64,000 nt of DNA, taken from the IMG/VR virus record IMGVR_UViG_3300018890_000001, positions 64,628 through 128,627 of that record, one strand, 5' to 3'. This document shows, piece after piece, positions 20,081 to 29,587 of this stretch. How positions within the stretch are numbered: position 1 is the stretch's first letter; every line of letters begins with the position of its first letter. A program made the translations under genes and the position numbers. This DNA is from a virus. Below the pieces are notes generated by a model that did no database searches, was not told where the DNA came from, and saw only the letters and a program-made list of their open reading frames with translations.

Positions 20081-20084
20081 TGTC

Positions 20085-20381
20085 TTATCCCTCCGTAATT
20101 GTTACTGGGCGAACCACAAGACATTCAACCCATTTTTTGGCTTCAAAAAGTCCCATTCCGTTCATTTGATCGAGCGCAACACCAAATCTAAAAATGAATA
20201 TTTCACGCGCATCTACAGGCGAAATATCGGGTACTTTCTCACGAACCAAAGCGTATATCTTTTTGATGAGCTGCTGCTTATCGGGATTAAAGGCTTCATG
20301 CTCGTCTTCTAGAAACTGCAAGCTTGCAGCTTGATCGTCAAAAGGATCTATACCTTCAACGATCTTTGGGATGTTGCTCAC
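20085..20381 (-). CDS. hypothetical protein
   Basis: In operon. Confidence 0.55.
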   Translation of the reverse strand: MSNIPKIVEGIDPFDDQAASLQFLEDEHEAFNPDKQQLIKKIYALVREKVPDISPVDAREIFIFRFGVALDQMNGMGLFEAKKWVECLVVRPVTITEG

Positions 20382-20385
20382 CTTG

Positions 20386-20688
20386 TTACTCTCCTTTTTT
20401 AACCAAAGCCCTCAAACCACCCTGCTCGGCGATCCATTCGGGCAAGCTTTTTTTGATCGCCCCTTGTTCAATCGCGAGTAGGCGTTTAGATGGTGTCAAG
20501 TCGTAATGCGGAAACCATTTGTGGTTTTGGAAATAAGATCGTTTCAGTCCGATTGCCTCCGCAACGCGGTGCAATTCTCGCAAACTTTTAGGTGTCGTAT
20601 CTGCGGGCCAAAGGTGGCACCACAATTTTCCGTATTGCTTAGTTCTTCCGGTCGGTAGCGCCGGAAACAACTGGTCAACGTACAGCAT
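20386..20688 (-). CDS. DUF4031 family protein
   Basis: YVD..WCHL..ELH..AEAIGLKRSYFQ..PHYDLT..R..A...GA. Confidence 0.85.
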   Translation of the reverse strand: MLYVDQLFPALPTGRTKQYGKLWCHLWPADTTPKSLRELHRVAEAIGLKRSYFQNHKWFPHYDLTPSKRLLAIEQGAIKKSLPEWIAEQGGLRALVKKGE

Positions 20689-20690
20689 AA

Positions 20691-21257
20691 TTAATGTCCA
20701 AATCTAGGAACGAGGTACCCGTCCGCAGCCCACATCAGATTGTGGAGCGGACAGACTTTATTACCGTTGGCATCAGGGGCGATCGAATTAAGGTTTGCAC
20801 CTTTGTGCGGACAAATACCACAACTAAGCTTGCTGTCGCGATAGATTTGTTCCAAGAGTTCCATCAGGTCAGTATTTAAAACTTCAGTTGGGATTTCTGG
20901 AACTTCTCTAAAACACTGGCGTTTTTCCCATGTAATAAAGCGGTGCGGACGGAACGGATAAACAAGCGAATGTAGTGATTCCCCGTCGCGGATTACTCTA
21001 TTGATGACCATCCTAAATTCATAGTTGTTGAAAAACCGAAAATCTGGGTGTATGTGTTCATCGAAGAATCCTATTTCTGCATCTTCGTGGAAATCAGCTA
21101 TTACAGGTATTGAGCGACCTTTCTCAATCTGCGAAAACAGACAAGGGACGAGATAAAATTCCCCAATTATTGGGGGATACGTTAGTTCGGTAATTTTTTG
21201 CACATTAAGCTCCTTGATTGTGTTTGTTGTTTTCGATCGCCAGCAATTGTCGGACAC
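20691..21257 (-). CDS. protein with C-terminal Rieske [2Fe-2S]-like domain
   Basis: CPHKGANL...VCPLHNLMW (CxH...CxxH). Confidence 0.7.
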   Translation of the reverse strand: MSDNCWRSKTTNTIKELNVQKITELTYPPIIGEFYLVPCLFSQIEKGRSIPVIADFHEDAEIGFFDEHIHPDFRFFNNYEFRMVINRVIRDGESLHSLVYPFRPHRFITWEKRQCFREVPEIPTEVLNTDLMELLEQIYRDSKLSCGICPHKGANLNSIAPDANGNKVCPLHNLMWAADGYLVPRFGH

Positions 21258-21755
21258 GATGGATCTCTGTCTCTAAATGTACCACCCCTCCTGCATTTAA
21301 GTCGAGGTAAAGCCGCAAAACTTCTACACGAGTTTGCAAGTCGTTTACATAGAATGTGAAACTCAAAAGCGGGGGTATCTGCGAGGACGGTCTACCTTGA
21401 AGAGTGAAATCTTTTCGATACAACCCATTAAAGACTGGAAGTTTGTTGACAATAAACAACCGCGCAGCTTGGAGTCTTTGTTTACCATCAAGTAACACCA
21501 TTGGTGGTTCAATATTGCCCTCAAAAAACCGGGGCAGTTAAATATGATGTGTCGGTTGAGATTTCCGCCTCTAAGGACGTATTCGACATATTTAATCTGT
21601 TGCTGTTGCGACCAAACGTGTCCGCGCTGAAAGTCGGGATCGAGATCGAGTCCGACCTCCCTTTCATAAATCACTAATTGTTGTTCTAAGCTGTTCCAGG
21701 GTATTGTAAAAGACTTGCCCCAACGCTCGATTTTAGGGATATCGTACCATTCCAT
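21205..21755 (-). pseudogene. DUF262/ParB-like protein split by a -1 frameshift
   Basis: PDFQRGHVW in the first frame, LLDGKQRL in the second; shift at the T6 run 21523-21528. Confidence 0.75.
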
Positions 21756-21827
21756 AATAAAAATCCTCTGCGATTGATTGGATCTAGAAAATCCTGACAC
21801 TATGTTTCAAGTGCCAGGAAAAAATAA

Positions 21828-22811
21828 TTAAGTGCTTACACCTCCAAAATTGATGTTTTTGAATGCCAACATTTCGGTCACTGGATTCGATCGCGCCTTC
21901 CCATCTCTATTAATCGAAACTTTATTCTCAAAAGTGGTGATAGTGAACCCAAGATCTGAGTAGAGTTCGACAATCCTTGGGGTTGCGTAATTGGAGGCAA
22001 CCACCGGATTTGGTTTGTTTGCCAAGAAGTGTGCGAGTCGCGCCTGATCCGCCCAAGTAAACGGAGCAGCGTAGGAAAAAGTGCTACCCGTTGCAGACAC
22101 CGGATCGTATGGTGGGTCTGCATAGACAAAATCGTCTTGGGCGATCGACACCGCTTCAAAATCACCGACGGTGAACTCCCAATTGGTGAAAACTTCTTGA
22201 TATGCGCTGAAATCAGTAAGGTAAGTGCGGTAATCGGAAAAATCTTCCTTGTACAGATGCCATTTTTTGCGATCGGGTTTGCCATGAGGAACATTGAATC
22301 CTCCGTCTTTTCTACAGCGGACTAAGCCGTTGTAGCCTGTCGCCAGAATAAAATACAACAAGCTGGCGGTTTCCGCAGATTCCTCGTTTTGATAGATCGC
22401 CCGCAAATTGAACTCATCACGTTTTTCGTTGTGCAATGCTTCTGTACTGACCATTTTAAAATGAGGCACGAGTCCATTTTTGACCTGGTTGTACAGGTTT
22501 ACGATCGGTCGCCAGTTATCATTAGCAAGAACACGATCCGGGCGGATTGCCATCACGTCTCCTAGTCCGCCAGCGAACAAAGAGACATAACGCAACTGGC
22601 GATCGTAATAGGGGGCGATCCGATGTGCCACTTTTGTTTTACCTCCAGGCCACGCCACCAGCGGTTTTAGATTAGAAATCGTTGGGTTCGGACTCTGGCT
22701 CTGGCTCGAGCTCGATTTCTTCAAGTTCTTCTGCGATTTCGACTTCGACGGCTTCAACATTCTGGAACTGCTCTTGGTAGTTGTGGGCGTAAGTTTCGAC
22801 ATACTGTTCAA
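21828..22811 (-). CDS. dam: Dam-family DNA adenine methyltransferase (start uncertain; overlaps upstream gene)
   Basis: WPGGK, LFAGG, YNGLVR..GGFNVP, DFVYADPPY. Confidence 0.88.
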   Translation of the reverse strand: MNSMSKLTPTTTKSSSRMLKPSKSKSQKNLKKSSSSQSQSPNPTISNLKPLVAWPGGKTKVAHRIAPYYDRQLRYVSLFAGGLGDVMAIRPDRVLANDNWRPIVNLYNQVKNGLVPHFKMVSTEALHNEKRDEFNLRAIYQNEESAETASLLYFILATGYNGLVRCRKDGGFNVPHGKPDRKKWHLYKEDFSDYRTYLTDFSAYQEVFTNWEFTVGDFEAVSIAQDDFVYADPPYDPVSATGSTFSYAAPFTWADQARLAHFLANKPNPVVASNYATPRIVELYSDLGFTITTFENKVSINRDGKARSNPVTEMLAFKNINFGGVST

Positions 22812-23913
22812 CTTTTTCGGTGTGAAGAAAGTCGAGATACTCTCGAAGCTGAGCGATCGATAGCTTAGTAGAAAGATTTTCGCCTTCAGGACTCGTCACC
22901 TGAAAGAGTTTAAATGCCATTTCACGCGCCCACACTGGCGTTTTATTCAATTCTTTAAGCTTCGCGCCCAATTGCTGAATCAACTGTCTCCTCAAAATAT
23001 CTTCTTCACTTTGCGCTGGAGGTAGCGCATGATCGCCAGTAGCTGCACTTTTGAGCATGGTTCCATCACCAAAACCAAGTTGATGCAATACGGTTTGCGG
23101 AAGCTGAACCCCGCGTTCCTTGGCTTGTACGTACTGCTGCCAAAGTAAGAACCGTTGATACCACATCGGTTCCACTGTCAAAGTAAGTGGCCAGTCCGCA
23201 GTTTCTCTGGTAGTGCCTGTTCGCTTTTGAGAACCTTTAGGGCCATCGAAAATGGGCGCTTTTCGCTTCGCACTCAGCCGCTTCAGAATGAACGGAATCT
23301 TACCAAAAGTCTCCGGCCAAGGAAATGGCGACAAATTCAGCGAACCAAACTCTCGGTAGTAGTTGAGCAGTTGTTTGGCGATCGAGAAAACCTCACCAGA
23401 GTGAACCGTCGTCAGACTCGCTAGCTGATATGGTTCAATCGCTTGCATTTCTTGCAAGTAGAAATACAGTGTACCCATACCCTTGCATCCTCTAGGGCAC
23501 TCTGGGAGTTCTTCTCCATCGCCAATAAACTTGGCGCAAGGGATTTCCTCGTGAGCTTCAACAACTTTTCGGTACTCACCCTTTTCTGTCTTAACCTTGA
23601 TACAGTGCTTGAGAATATGCAGTCCGTCGCACACTGTTTCAAGACCGCTTAGAGAATAGCCTTTATTGAAGTTAGGGAAGACAGCATCCGGCGTCGAATA
23701 AGCGAGAAAAACGGGTATCTCCTCGTGATAGGAGTCTTTCACATAATTGACTTTTTCGCGTAACCAAGGTGTGTCTATATGAACTCTGAGTTTGTTTTGC
23801 AAGTTACTACCTGGTCGATCGCCCTGCTTAATATCACCTTTGAACACCTGGATAGGTGGCTTAACTTCCCGCAGTTCGAGTGATGCTAGAGTTGTTTTTC
23901 CATGAATTGGCAT
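22672..23913 (-). CDS. recombination directionality factor/gp3-like protein
   Basis: CDG..C..CP.GCK..G.LYF and IPFILKR pattern. Confidence 0.55.
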   Translation of the reverse strand: MPIHGKTTLASLELREVKPPIQVFKGDIKQGDRPGSNLQNKLRVHIDTPWLREKVNYVKDSYHEEIPVFLAYSTPDAVFPNFNKGYSLSGLETVCDGLHILKHCIKVKTEKGEYRKVVEAHEEIPCAKFIGDGEELPECPRGCKGMGTLYFYLQEMQAIEPYQLASLTTVHSGEVFSIAKQLLNYYREFGSLNLSPFPWPETFGKIPFILKRLSAKRKAPIFDGPKGSQKRTGTTRETADWPLTLTVEPMWYQRFLLWQQYVQAKERGVQLPQTVLHQLGFGDGTMLKSAATGDHALPPAQSEEDILRRQLIQQLGAKLKELNKTPVWAREMAFKLFQVTSPEGENLSTKLSIAQLREYLDFLHTEKVEQYVETYAHNYQEQFQNVEAVEVEIAEELEEIELEPEPESEPNDF

Positions 23914-23975
23914 TGACTTTCTCCTTTTGGTTGGTAATGTGAGCGTCCCGAAAATTAATTCGAGACGCTAGATAA

Positions 23976-25037
23976 TTAGAATGGGTCGTAATTAGCTTCC
24001 GTATCAGGGATATCCAATGAAAGTGCCTGTCTAATTTCAAAACAAGGTTTCGGTGGTACATCTAGACTGAACGTCACAATAGCGGGTGCGATCTCAAAAT
24101 GGTTTGCAAGCTCAGGCGGTAGTTCTGGTAAAAATTGAGGCAACAGTATAGAATGCTCTTCCCTGATGCGGTTGTAGACTTCGACAACATCTAGTTGCTG
24201 CGTCATCTTTTCAAGCAACTCTTCCGGCAGTTCGTCTTCCGTAAAGTAGTAACGCTCTACGGTCACTGGATATCCGGATTTTACTTCCCTCGCAGGCTTG
24301 CCCCGTTCGGGAAGTAATGTGAAATACCCCTCAAACGATCTGGGTAGGTCTGACAAGGACCAACCAAATTCGTAATCAAAGTGTGATTCTCCCTGTGCAT
24401 CCAGAAATCCGTGTTTCTGCCAAGTAATTTTGTGCAACTTCAATTGGCGACGCCCTTCTTCCGGCCATTGCCAAGCTTTCAAAACGGTGTTCAAAGCTGC
24501 AATTTCTTGATTACTTTTGTCGCCAACTCCTTCGATAGTCTGACAATACGCTGCAAACTTGCGATCGGTTTCAAATTCTGGAAGCAGGTGATCGTACTCT
24601 TCACAGATATCGAAGATTAGATTCAACAGTGTATCTAACGCTTTTTGGGGATTATTGAACCACGTACCTCCAACCGCAGGCTGTAAAGTTTTTAATCTCG
24701 AAAAATAACATTCCGTCGTGTTAGCCGAAATACCGATGCTGGGGTCATGCGTATTGACCCTTAGAACATCATACTCAGACATTGTTATCGAAACGATTGC
24801 GTGTTTGATCGCAAAGCTGCATACGAGATCCCGGTTGAGATACTGAAAACTTTTATCTGCGTCTAGTGCGTCCAAAACATCACCGAAGTATTTTTGTACA
24901 GCACTCTCGAATGCTACCAATAAATTCCGCACCCTTTCCGCTTCGATCGCCCGCTTCTGTTCTGCGACATACTCTTGCTCTAGTCGCATAGCTTCCCGAC
25001 GCTGACGTACTTGCGCTAGCAAATCTTCTAATGACAT
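23976..25037 (-). CDS. hypothetical protein, paralog of 25168-26298
   Basis: Shared WxWP..L.K..W..FDY..GWSLSD..YF.LLPER..TVER..FTE..LP; shared promoter. Confidence 0.8.
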   Translation of the reverse strand: MSLEDLLAQVRQRREAMRLEQEYVAEQKRAIEAERVRNLLVAFESAVQKYFGDVLDALDADKSFQYLNRDLVCSFAIKHAIVSITMSEYDVLRVNTHDPSIGISANTTECYFSRLKTLQPAVGGTWFNNPQKALDTLLNLIFDICEEYDHLLPEFETDRKFAAYCQTIEGVGDKSNQEIAALNTVLKAWQWPEEGRRQLKLHKITWQKHGFLDAQGESHFDYEFGWSLSDLPRSFEGYFTLLPERGKPAREVKSGYPVTVERYYFTEDELPEELLEKMTQQLDVVEVYNRIREEHSILLPQFLPELPPELANHFEIAPAIVTFSLDVPPKPCFEIRQALSLDIPDTEANYDPF

Positions 25038-25053
25038 AAAACCTGATTTTTTG

Positions 25054-25114
25054 TGACTACAAAACCAAGGTAACAAAATGTAGTAAAGATTGTCAACCCA
25101 ATGTCGTAAAGATT
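25054..25114 (-). promoter_or_regulatory. duplicated promoter/operator, copy 1
   Basis: 58/61 identical to 26313-26373; TTGACA..TG-N-TACCTT; two ATGT(A/C)GTAAAGATT repeats. Confidence 0.8.
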
Positions 25115-25167
25115 AGTAACGCACAAAAAAGCCCCAGATTTAAATCTGGGGCTTTTTCTTGGCTTGT

Positions 25168-26298
25168 CTAGAAGTGTATGTCGTCGTCAAGTGGTGCGCT
25201 GCTTGGCGCTGTCGAAGTGACAGCCGCATCGATCGCCTGCCTGATTTCGATACAAGGCAAGCGCCTTAAATCGAAAGGTGATATACAGTTTTCTACCGAA
25301 ACCTTGCATCCACTAGGGACAGGAGGTACAAACTCGGGAAGTAATTTGAATCGCTGCTTGCTATAGCCCAATGTGAACTCAATACTAACGAGTTCGATAT
25401 CTATTTTTTCCGGTAAATCAAACAGGCGATCGGGTAGCGTCGCCTCAGTAAAGCGGAAACGCTCTACTGTTAATGGCGACGAGGTTTTGACGGTACGTGC
25501 AGACCCATAACGCTCCGGTAACAGTACAAAATATTCTGGTTCTGTCACAGAAATGTCGGACAATGACCATCCCGAATCGTAATCAAACTCAGTCTCTTCG
25601 TACTCATCGCTGCGGTACGCTCCGGTACACCACGAGACTTTGTACAGATCTAGTACAAAATCTTTAGGCCAAGTCCACTGGTTTGCAATTGCTGCCTCAC
25701 CGAATAAGCGAATCTTTTCGCTACTTTGTTCATTCAGGGCGTAAAGTGCTTCGCTAAACAAACGCAGTCGGGATTCGGCTTCGCGCTTTTGGGCTTCAAT
25801 CAGCTCTTCCTTGGCTTTTTCAGCATTCATTCTTTCGACTTGCGCCAGCACAGAATCGTGTTCTTCGGAAATTTGTAAAATCCGAAGTAGCAAGTAATCA
25901 GAGAGGTTGCTGCTGCTGATGCGTTCTTCCTTGCTGGAAAAATTAACCTTCGGAACGTTCCAGTATTCTCGACGCAATTCATCGCAAACTTTCCACATCC
26001 CGGTAGGTTCGTAATGTACAGGTTTGCTGGACATTTTTAGCGAAAGCATTCTGTGAAAAACATTTACGCGCAAAACCGTACCACCATGAAGACGAGGCTC
26101 TATTTGAGACATATCATCGTCAAGACGATCGAAGATATCGCCTGCATACATTTGCAGTAGCGACTCAAACTCTTGCTTCTCGATCGCCAGCTCTTTCTGG
26201 CGTTCATTTTTTTCGACCTCAGTTTTTTGGGCTTCAATAGCTTGAAGCTCTTGTTGGCGCTGTTGCGCTGCTTTCAACAAATCTGTGAGTGCTGACAT
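25168..26298 (-). CDS. hypothetical protein, paralog of 23976-25037
   Basis: Paralogy; coiled-coil N-terminus; acidic C-terminus DDDIHF. Confidence 0.8.
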   Translation of the reverse strand: MSALTDLLKAAQQRQQELQAIEAQKTEVEKNERQKELAIEKQEFESLLQMYAGDIFDRLDDDMSQIEPRLHGGTVLRVNVFHRMLSLKMSSKPVHYEPTGMWKVCDELRREYWNVPKVNFSSKEERISSSNLSDYLLLRILQISEEHDSVLAQVERMNAEKAKEELIEAQKREAESRLRLFSEALYALNEQSSEKIRLFGEAAIANQWTWPKDFVLDLYKVSWCTGAYRSDEYEETEFDYDSGWSLSDISVTEPEYFVLLPERYGSARTVKTSSPLTVERFRFTEATLPDRLFDLPEKIDIELVSIEFTLGYSKQRFKLLPEFVPPVPSGCKVSVENCISPFDLRRLPCIEIRQAIDAAVTSTAPSSAPLDDDIHF

Positions 26299-26312
26299 AG
26301 GAAAACTCAGAT

Positions 26313-26373
26313 TGACTACACAACCAAGATAACAAAATGTAGTAAAGATTGTCAACCGAATGTCGTAAAGATT
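26313..26373 (-). promoter_or_regulatory. duplicated promoter/operator, copy 2
   Basis: See 25054-25114. Confidence 0.8.
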
Positions 26374-26421
26374 GGTCGTAAAGTTTGCTAGAGTAGATTT
26401 GTTGTAGTAGATTTCAGAACC

Positions 26422-26751
26422 GTGAAAAAAGAAACAAAAATTAGCGTATGGAAGATGCGGGCGACACTGCGGTCACTTCGCAACCGGGTATTGGCAGGGG
26501 AGACGTTTCTCTGCTCATACTGGGGGCAGATTAAAGCAGAACTCTCCCAAATTGAACGGAATACGGACATGAGTGCTTTCTCGAAACACCACCGAATCAA
26601 AATGGACGCATTCAAAATTCGGTTAACCGAATGTTGGAGGGCGATCGAAGAAGATCCGGCACATCCGGGTTTTATTATCTGCTTTTATGGCAAACCCTGG
26701 GGCTTGTTTAAGCGGTTTAACGGAAGTCAAGACGATCTCCCGGAAGAATAA
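26422..26751 (+). CDS. hypothetical protein
   Basis: 109 aa, followed by a hairpin at 26755-26791. Confidence 0.6.
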   Translation: MKKETKISVWKMRATLRSLRNRVLAGETFLCSYWGQIKAELSQIERNTDMSAFSKHHRIKMDAFKIRLTECWRAIEEDPAHPGFIICFYGKPWGLFKRFNGSQDDLPEE

Positions 26752-26809
26752 CGCAAAAAAATCCACAACCCGAAAGCTGTGGATTTTTTTTAATTGTGCG
26801 CGGGCGATC

Positions 26810-26830
26810 GTCTCTGAGGGCTTCGCTAAC
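26810..26830 (+). mobile_element. 21-nt small dispersed repeat (SDR-like), copy 1 (degenerate)
   Basis: GGGCGATC|GTCTCTGAGGGCTTCGCTAAC. Confidence 0.65.
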
Positions 26831-26833
26831 AAA

Positions 26834-27400
26834 CTAGCTCACAGGTTGAGCAATTCGCACCGTTGTAGAAGATACTCCCGGAATTGCGGGCTGTTGTACG
26901 GCGACAATTTCTTCTTCGCCCTCATCATCATCCTCGCCACCCTCTTCTTCATCCTCGTCGTCTTCACTGTTGTCAACCGCGATTGTCGGATTTGCAGCAG
27001 CTTCAAGACGTGCTGCTTCACTGCGTTCGGCATCCTTTCCGATCAATAGCGTTCCGTCCTCACCTTCTTTGATTACGACGTAATCACCTGGCTCGCAACC
27101 AACCATCTCAACAAATCGACGGGGAATAATTGCTGCGCCATTTTTCTGGACTTTGAACGAATCTATGTCGCCGCGAGCAGACGCTCTTTGAGTTTCAGGC
27201 AGTACCAGTCCAAAGAATTCTCCTTTTGCCAGAAGCAGCGCTTGGTAATACGCCTGTAAATCCGGCTTGACGCGATCTTCACCACTGCGCGACCGAGTTT
27301 GCTTTGTATAACCTGTTCGCATCGCTAGTTGCGTATCCGCCATTTGTCGGTTCTGATCCACTTCGGTCAGTAACGCGGCACCCGTCAGTTTTTGAGGCAT
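26834..27400 (-). CDS. cyanobacterial AbrB-like (cyAbrB) transcriptional regulator with acidic tail
   Basis: LTGAALL..V...GY...YYQALLLAKG and VQKNG..II......G..PGD pattern of cyAbrB proteins. Confidence 0.8.
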   Translation of the reverse strand: MPQKLTGAALLTEVDQNRQMADTQLAMRTGYTKQTRSRSGEDRVKPDLQAYYQALLLAKGEFFGLVLPETQRASARGDIDSFKVQKNGAAIIPRRFVEMVGCEPGDYVVIKEGEDGTLLIGKDAERSEAARLEAAANPTIAVDNSEDDEDEEEGGEDDDEGEEEIVAVQQPAIPGVSSTTVRIAQPVS

Positions 27401-27574
27401 ATGTCGGAAAAAATATATTTACTAATGTCAGATTAACACAATTATCTAAAATGTTGTCGTTTTGACTATTTTAACGATCGCCGTCAAAAAAAGAGGTGCT
27501 GACCGAAATCAGCACCGCCAAAAAACATCAATGACTAAACTCATCTTAATATCGTCACTTTAAAGACTGACTGG

Positions 27575-27826
27575 TCACGCATCTACATCTTCTTCTTTGG
27601 CAAGTGTTGAGATTAATAGCGCCTCACGATCTCGACAGATAAAGTTAATGGCGTCCAAGAGTGCAAGTTCCGGAGTCTAGAAAACCGCTTCTGATTCCTT
27701 GCATCGCCAATGCCATTCGTATTCGTCGTCGATGGGGGTGATCCTCTTCGAGGGCTACGCTAACGAAATTTCAGTATGCTTGTTGACTTGTTCAATGATT
27801 TGACTGAATTCACTATTATTGTACAT
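27575..27826 (-). pseudogene. small gene broken by the 21-nt insertion and a second TAG
   Basis: MYNNSEF...EIS[LA*PSKR]ITPIDDEYEWHWRCKESEAVF*TPELALLDAINF... Confidence 0.6.
27744..27764 (+). mobile_element. 21-nt SDR-like element, copy 2
   Basis: GGTGATC|CTCTTCGAGGGCTACGCTAAC|G. Confidence 0.8.
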
Positions 27827-27904
27827 TGGTTTTAATATGCTAGTTTGTTGCAATAATATTATATTATTGGTATTATTATAGTGTAGTTCATCTATATCAA
27901 TTGT

Positions 27905-28378
27905 ATGCCATTATCTGACATCAATGTTGATCGTGTATTAACACACCAAGAAGTTGTGACAATGCTAACGGAGGATGCCGTAAAGGAAGATGCCAAGCAA
28001 TCTAGAATACTAAAGCATTGGGATTCTACGTTGAGACACTGGAAACAGTCATCTGGTACACTTGTCACCACTCCGTCGGACAAGGTGCGATCGTTAGTCT
28101 GGAAAGAAGAATTAACTTATATTTTCCAGCTTCGCGAAAATCCAAAAATTAAAATACCTAAACAGTCTTTGGATGGGCGAAAATACGGGTATAGCTACGT
28201 AACAGATTTGTGTCGATTGGCAAAAATGCCTCGGCAATCCCAATTAGAGGGGTTATCAATAGGTGACATTGAAGAGATATCCACGAGGTTTATTATCAAG
28301 GAGTCACCAATAAAGTGTCTTTTGGATGCAGGTTTCACACTGGATCTAATAGTACCTAAAGACTTTTTAGGGCTGTAA
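27905..28378 (+). CDS. hypothetical protein
   Basis: Promoter TATTAT-N6-GTAGT; hairpin at 28383-28422. Confidence 0.7.
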   Translation: MPLSDINVDRVLTHQEVVTMLTEDAVKEDAKQSRILKHWDSTLRHWKQSSGTLVTTPSDKVRSLVWKEELTYIFQLRENPKIKIPKQSLDGRKYGYSYVTDLCRLAKMPRQSQLEGLSIGDIEEISTRFIIKESPIKCLLDAGFTLDLIVPKDFLGL

Positions 28379-28426
28379 ACACAAAAAAGCCGTTAGCGAA
28401 ATTAATCGCTAACGGCTTTTTTGTGT

Positions 28427-29515
28427 CTATTTCAGCGTTCTGAATATCCAGCGACGGAATAACTCGATCACCACCCGATAGGTTTCTATTCCATCTTTGT
28501 TGATCTTTTCAATCAAGCTACCTGCATGGCACTCCATAGCTGCTTGACAGACTTCGTGAACTTGGTTTGGTTTTCTGTCAATATATCGAGCTAATTGATA
28601 CACGGTACACCCGTCAGGATCGTCCGCTAGTTCAACGAGAACCTCTTGCAGCCTTACGTCCCCAAAAACAATCGGTCTGTTGTACAAGCTTGTAAAATAA
28701 GGTCGGTAATTGTCGTAGAATCTTTCCGATGCAGCTATCTCTTCTACATCGTGAACTGTGATGTGACTTAGAACCTTGTGGTCTTCTTCGACCATCCAGT
28801 TGAATTCGCTAATAATATTGGCGCACACACCGCGCACCAACCAAGGGTGTCCGCTACTCAATTCGTATAGGCGATCGATCGCATCAGAATCGAATTTGTA
28901 TGGTTGCTGATTGCAGTATTCAGCCGTCTCTTCCTTGGTGAAAAATCCCAACCACAATTTGCGACTGGGTTTGAAGTCGAGCGTCGCTTGACCAATATCA
29001 GAGCCGATGTCGTGACTACCGCAAAGCAAGAATGCTAGGCGATCGTGTCTCAGTGTTAAAGCTTCAAGCTGTTTCAAAATTGTCGCCGCTGGAATATTCA
29101 GGAAGGCCTCGTACTGATCGATCGCCAGCAACAATTTGCGATCTGGATGCCTGTCTAGCGCTTGTTCTAGATACTTAACAAATGCTGAATAAGGCTTACT
29201 GCGAAAAATAGCAGTGCCTACCAAGACGACAGCATCCATTTTGTCCAAAGCTAGAGCCAACGCCAGCCAAACATCTTTATCTTCTCTGTCGCCACCGAGA
29301 CACTGTAGGCTAGTATATGCGACATCTATTTGCTGACAATGCTTATCAATATGCCAGAGAACTTCGCTTTTCCCAGTAAACCAATCACCCCAAAACAACA
29401 TTGAGCGTGGTGTACCTGCTGGAATTGTCCAGAGTTTCTCAATCTGCTCAAATGCGTATTTGCGACCGATGAAGTTTGTATTGAGGAATTTTTTCGTAGA
29501 ATCTGAAGGATTCAT
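28427..29515 (-). CDS. STAND-like P-loop ATPase (AAA_16/ATPase_2-like) with winged-helix C-terminus
   Basis: FIGR, GDWFTGKS (Walker A), LLLAIDQYE (Walker B), SGHPWL (GxP). Confidence 0.8.
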   Translation of the reverse strand: MNPSDSTKKFLNTNFIGRKYAFEQIEKLWTIPAGTPRSMLFWGDWFTGKSEVLWHIDKHCQQIDVAYTSLQCLGGDREDKDVWLALALALDKMDAVVLVGTAIFRSKPYSAFVKYLEQALDRHPDRKLLLAIDQYEAFLNIPAATILKQLEALTLRHDRLAFLLCGSHDIGSDIGQATLDFKPSRKLWLGFFTKEETAEYCNQQPYKFDSDAIDRLYELSSGHPWLVRGVCANIISEFNWMVEEDHKVLSHITVHDVEEIAASERFYDNYRPYFTSLYNRPIVFGDVRLQEVLVELADDPDGCTVYQLARYIDRKPNQVHEVCQAAMECHAGSLIEKINKDGIETYRVVIELFRRWIFRTLK

Positions 29516-29587
29516 GTTACAAATAGAGTAGCGTACATCTATATATTACACTAAGCGTCGCCATATAAATAGGCGTATCACACTATT

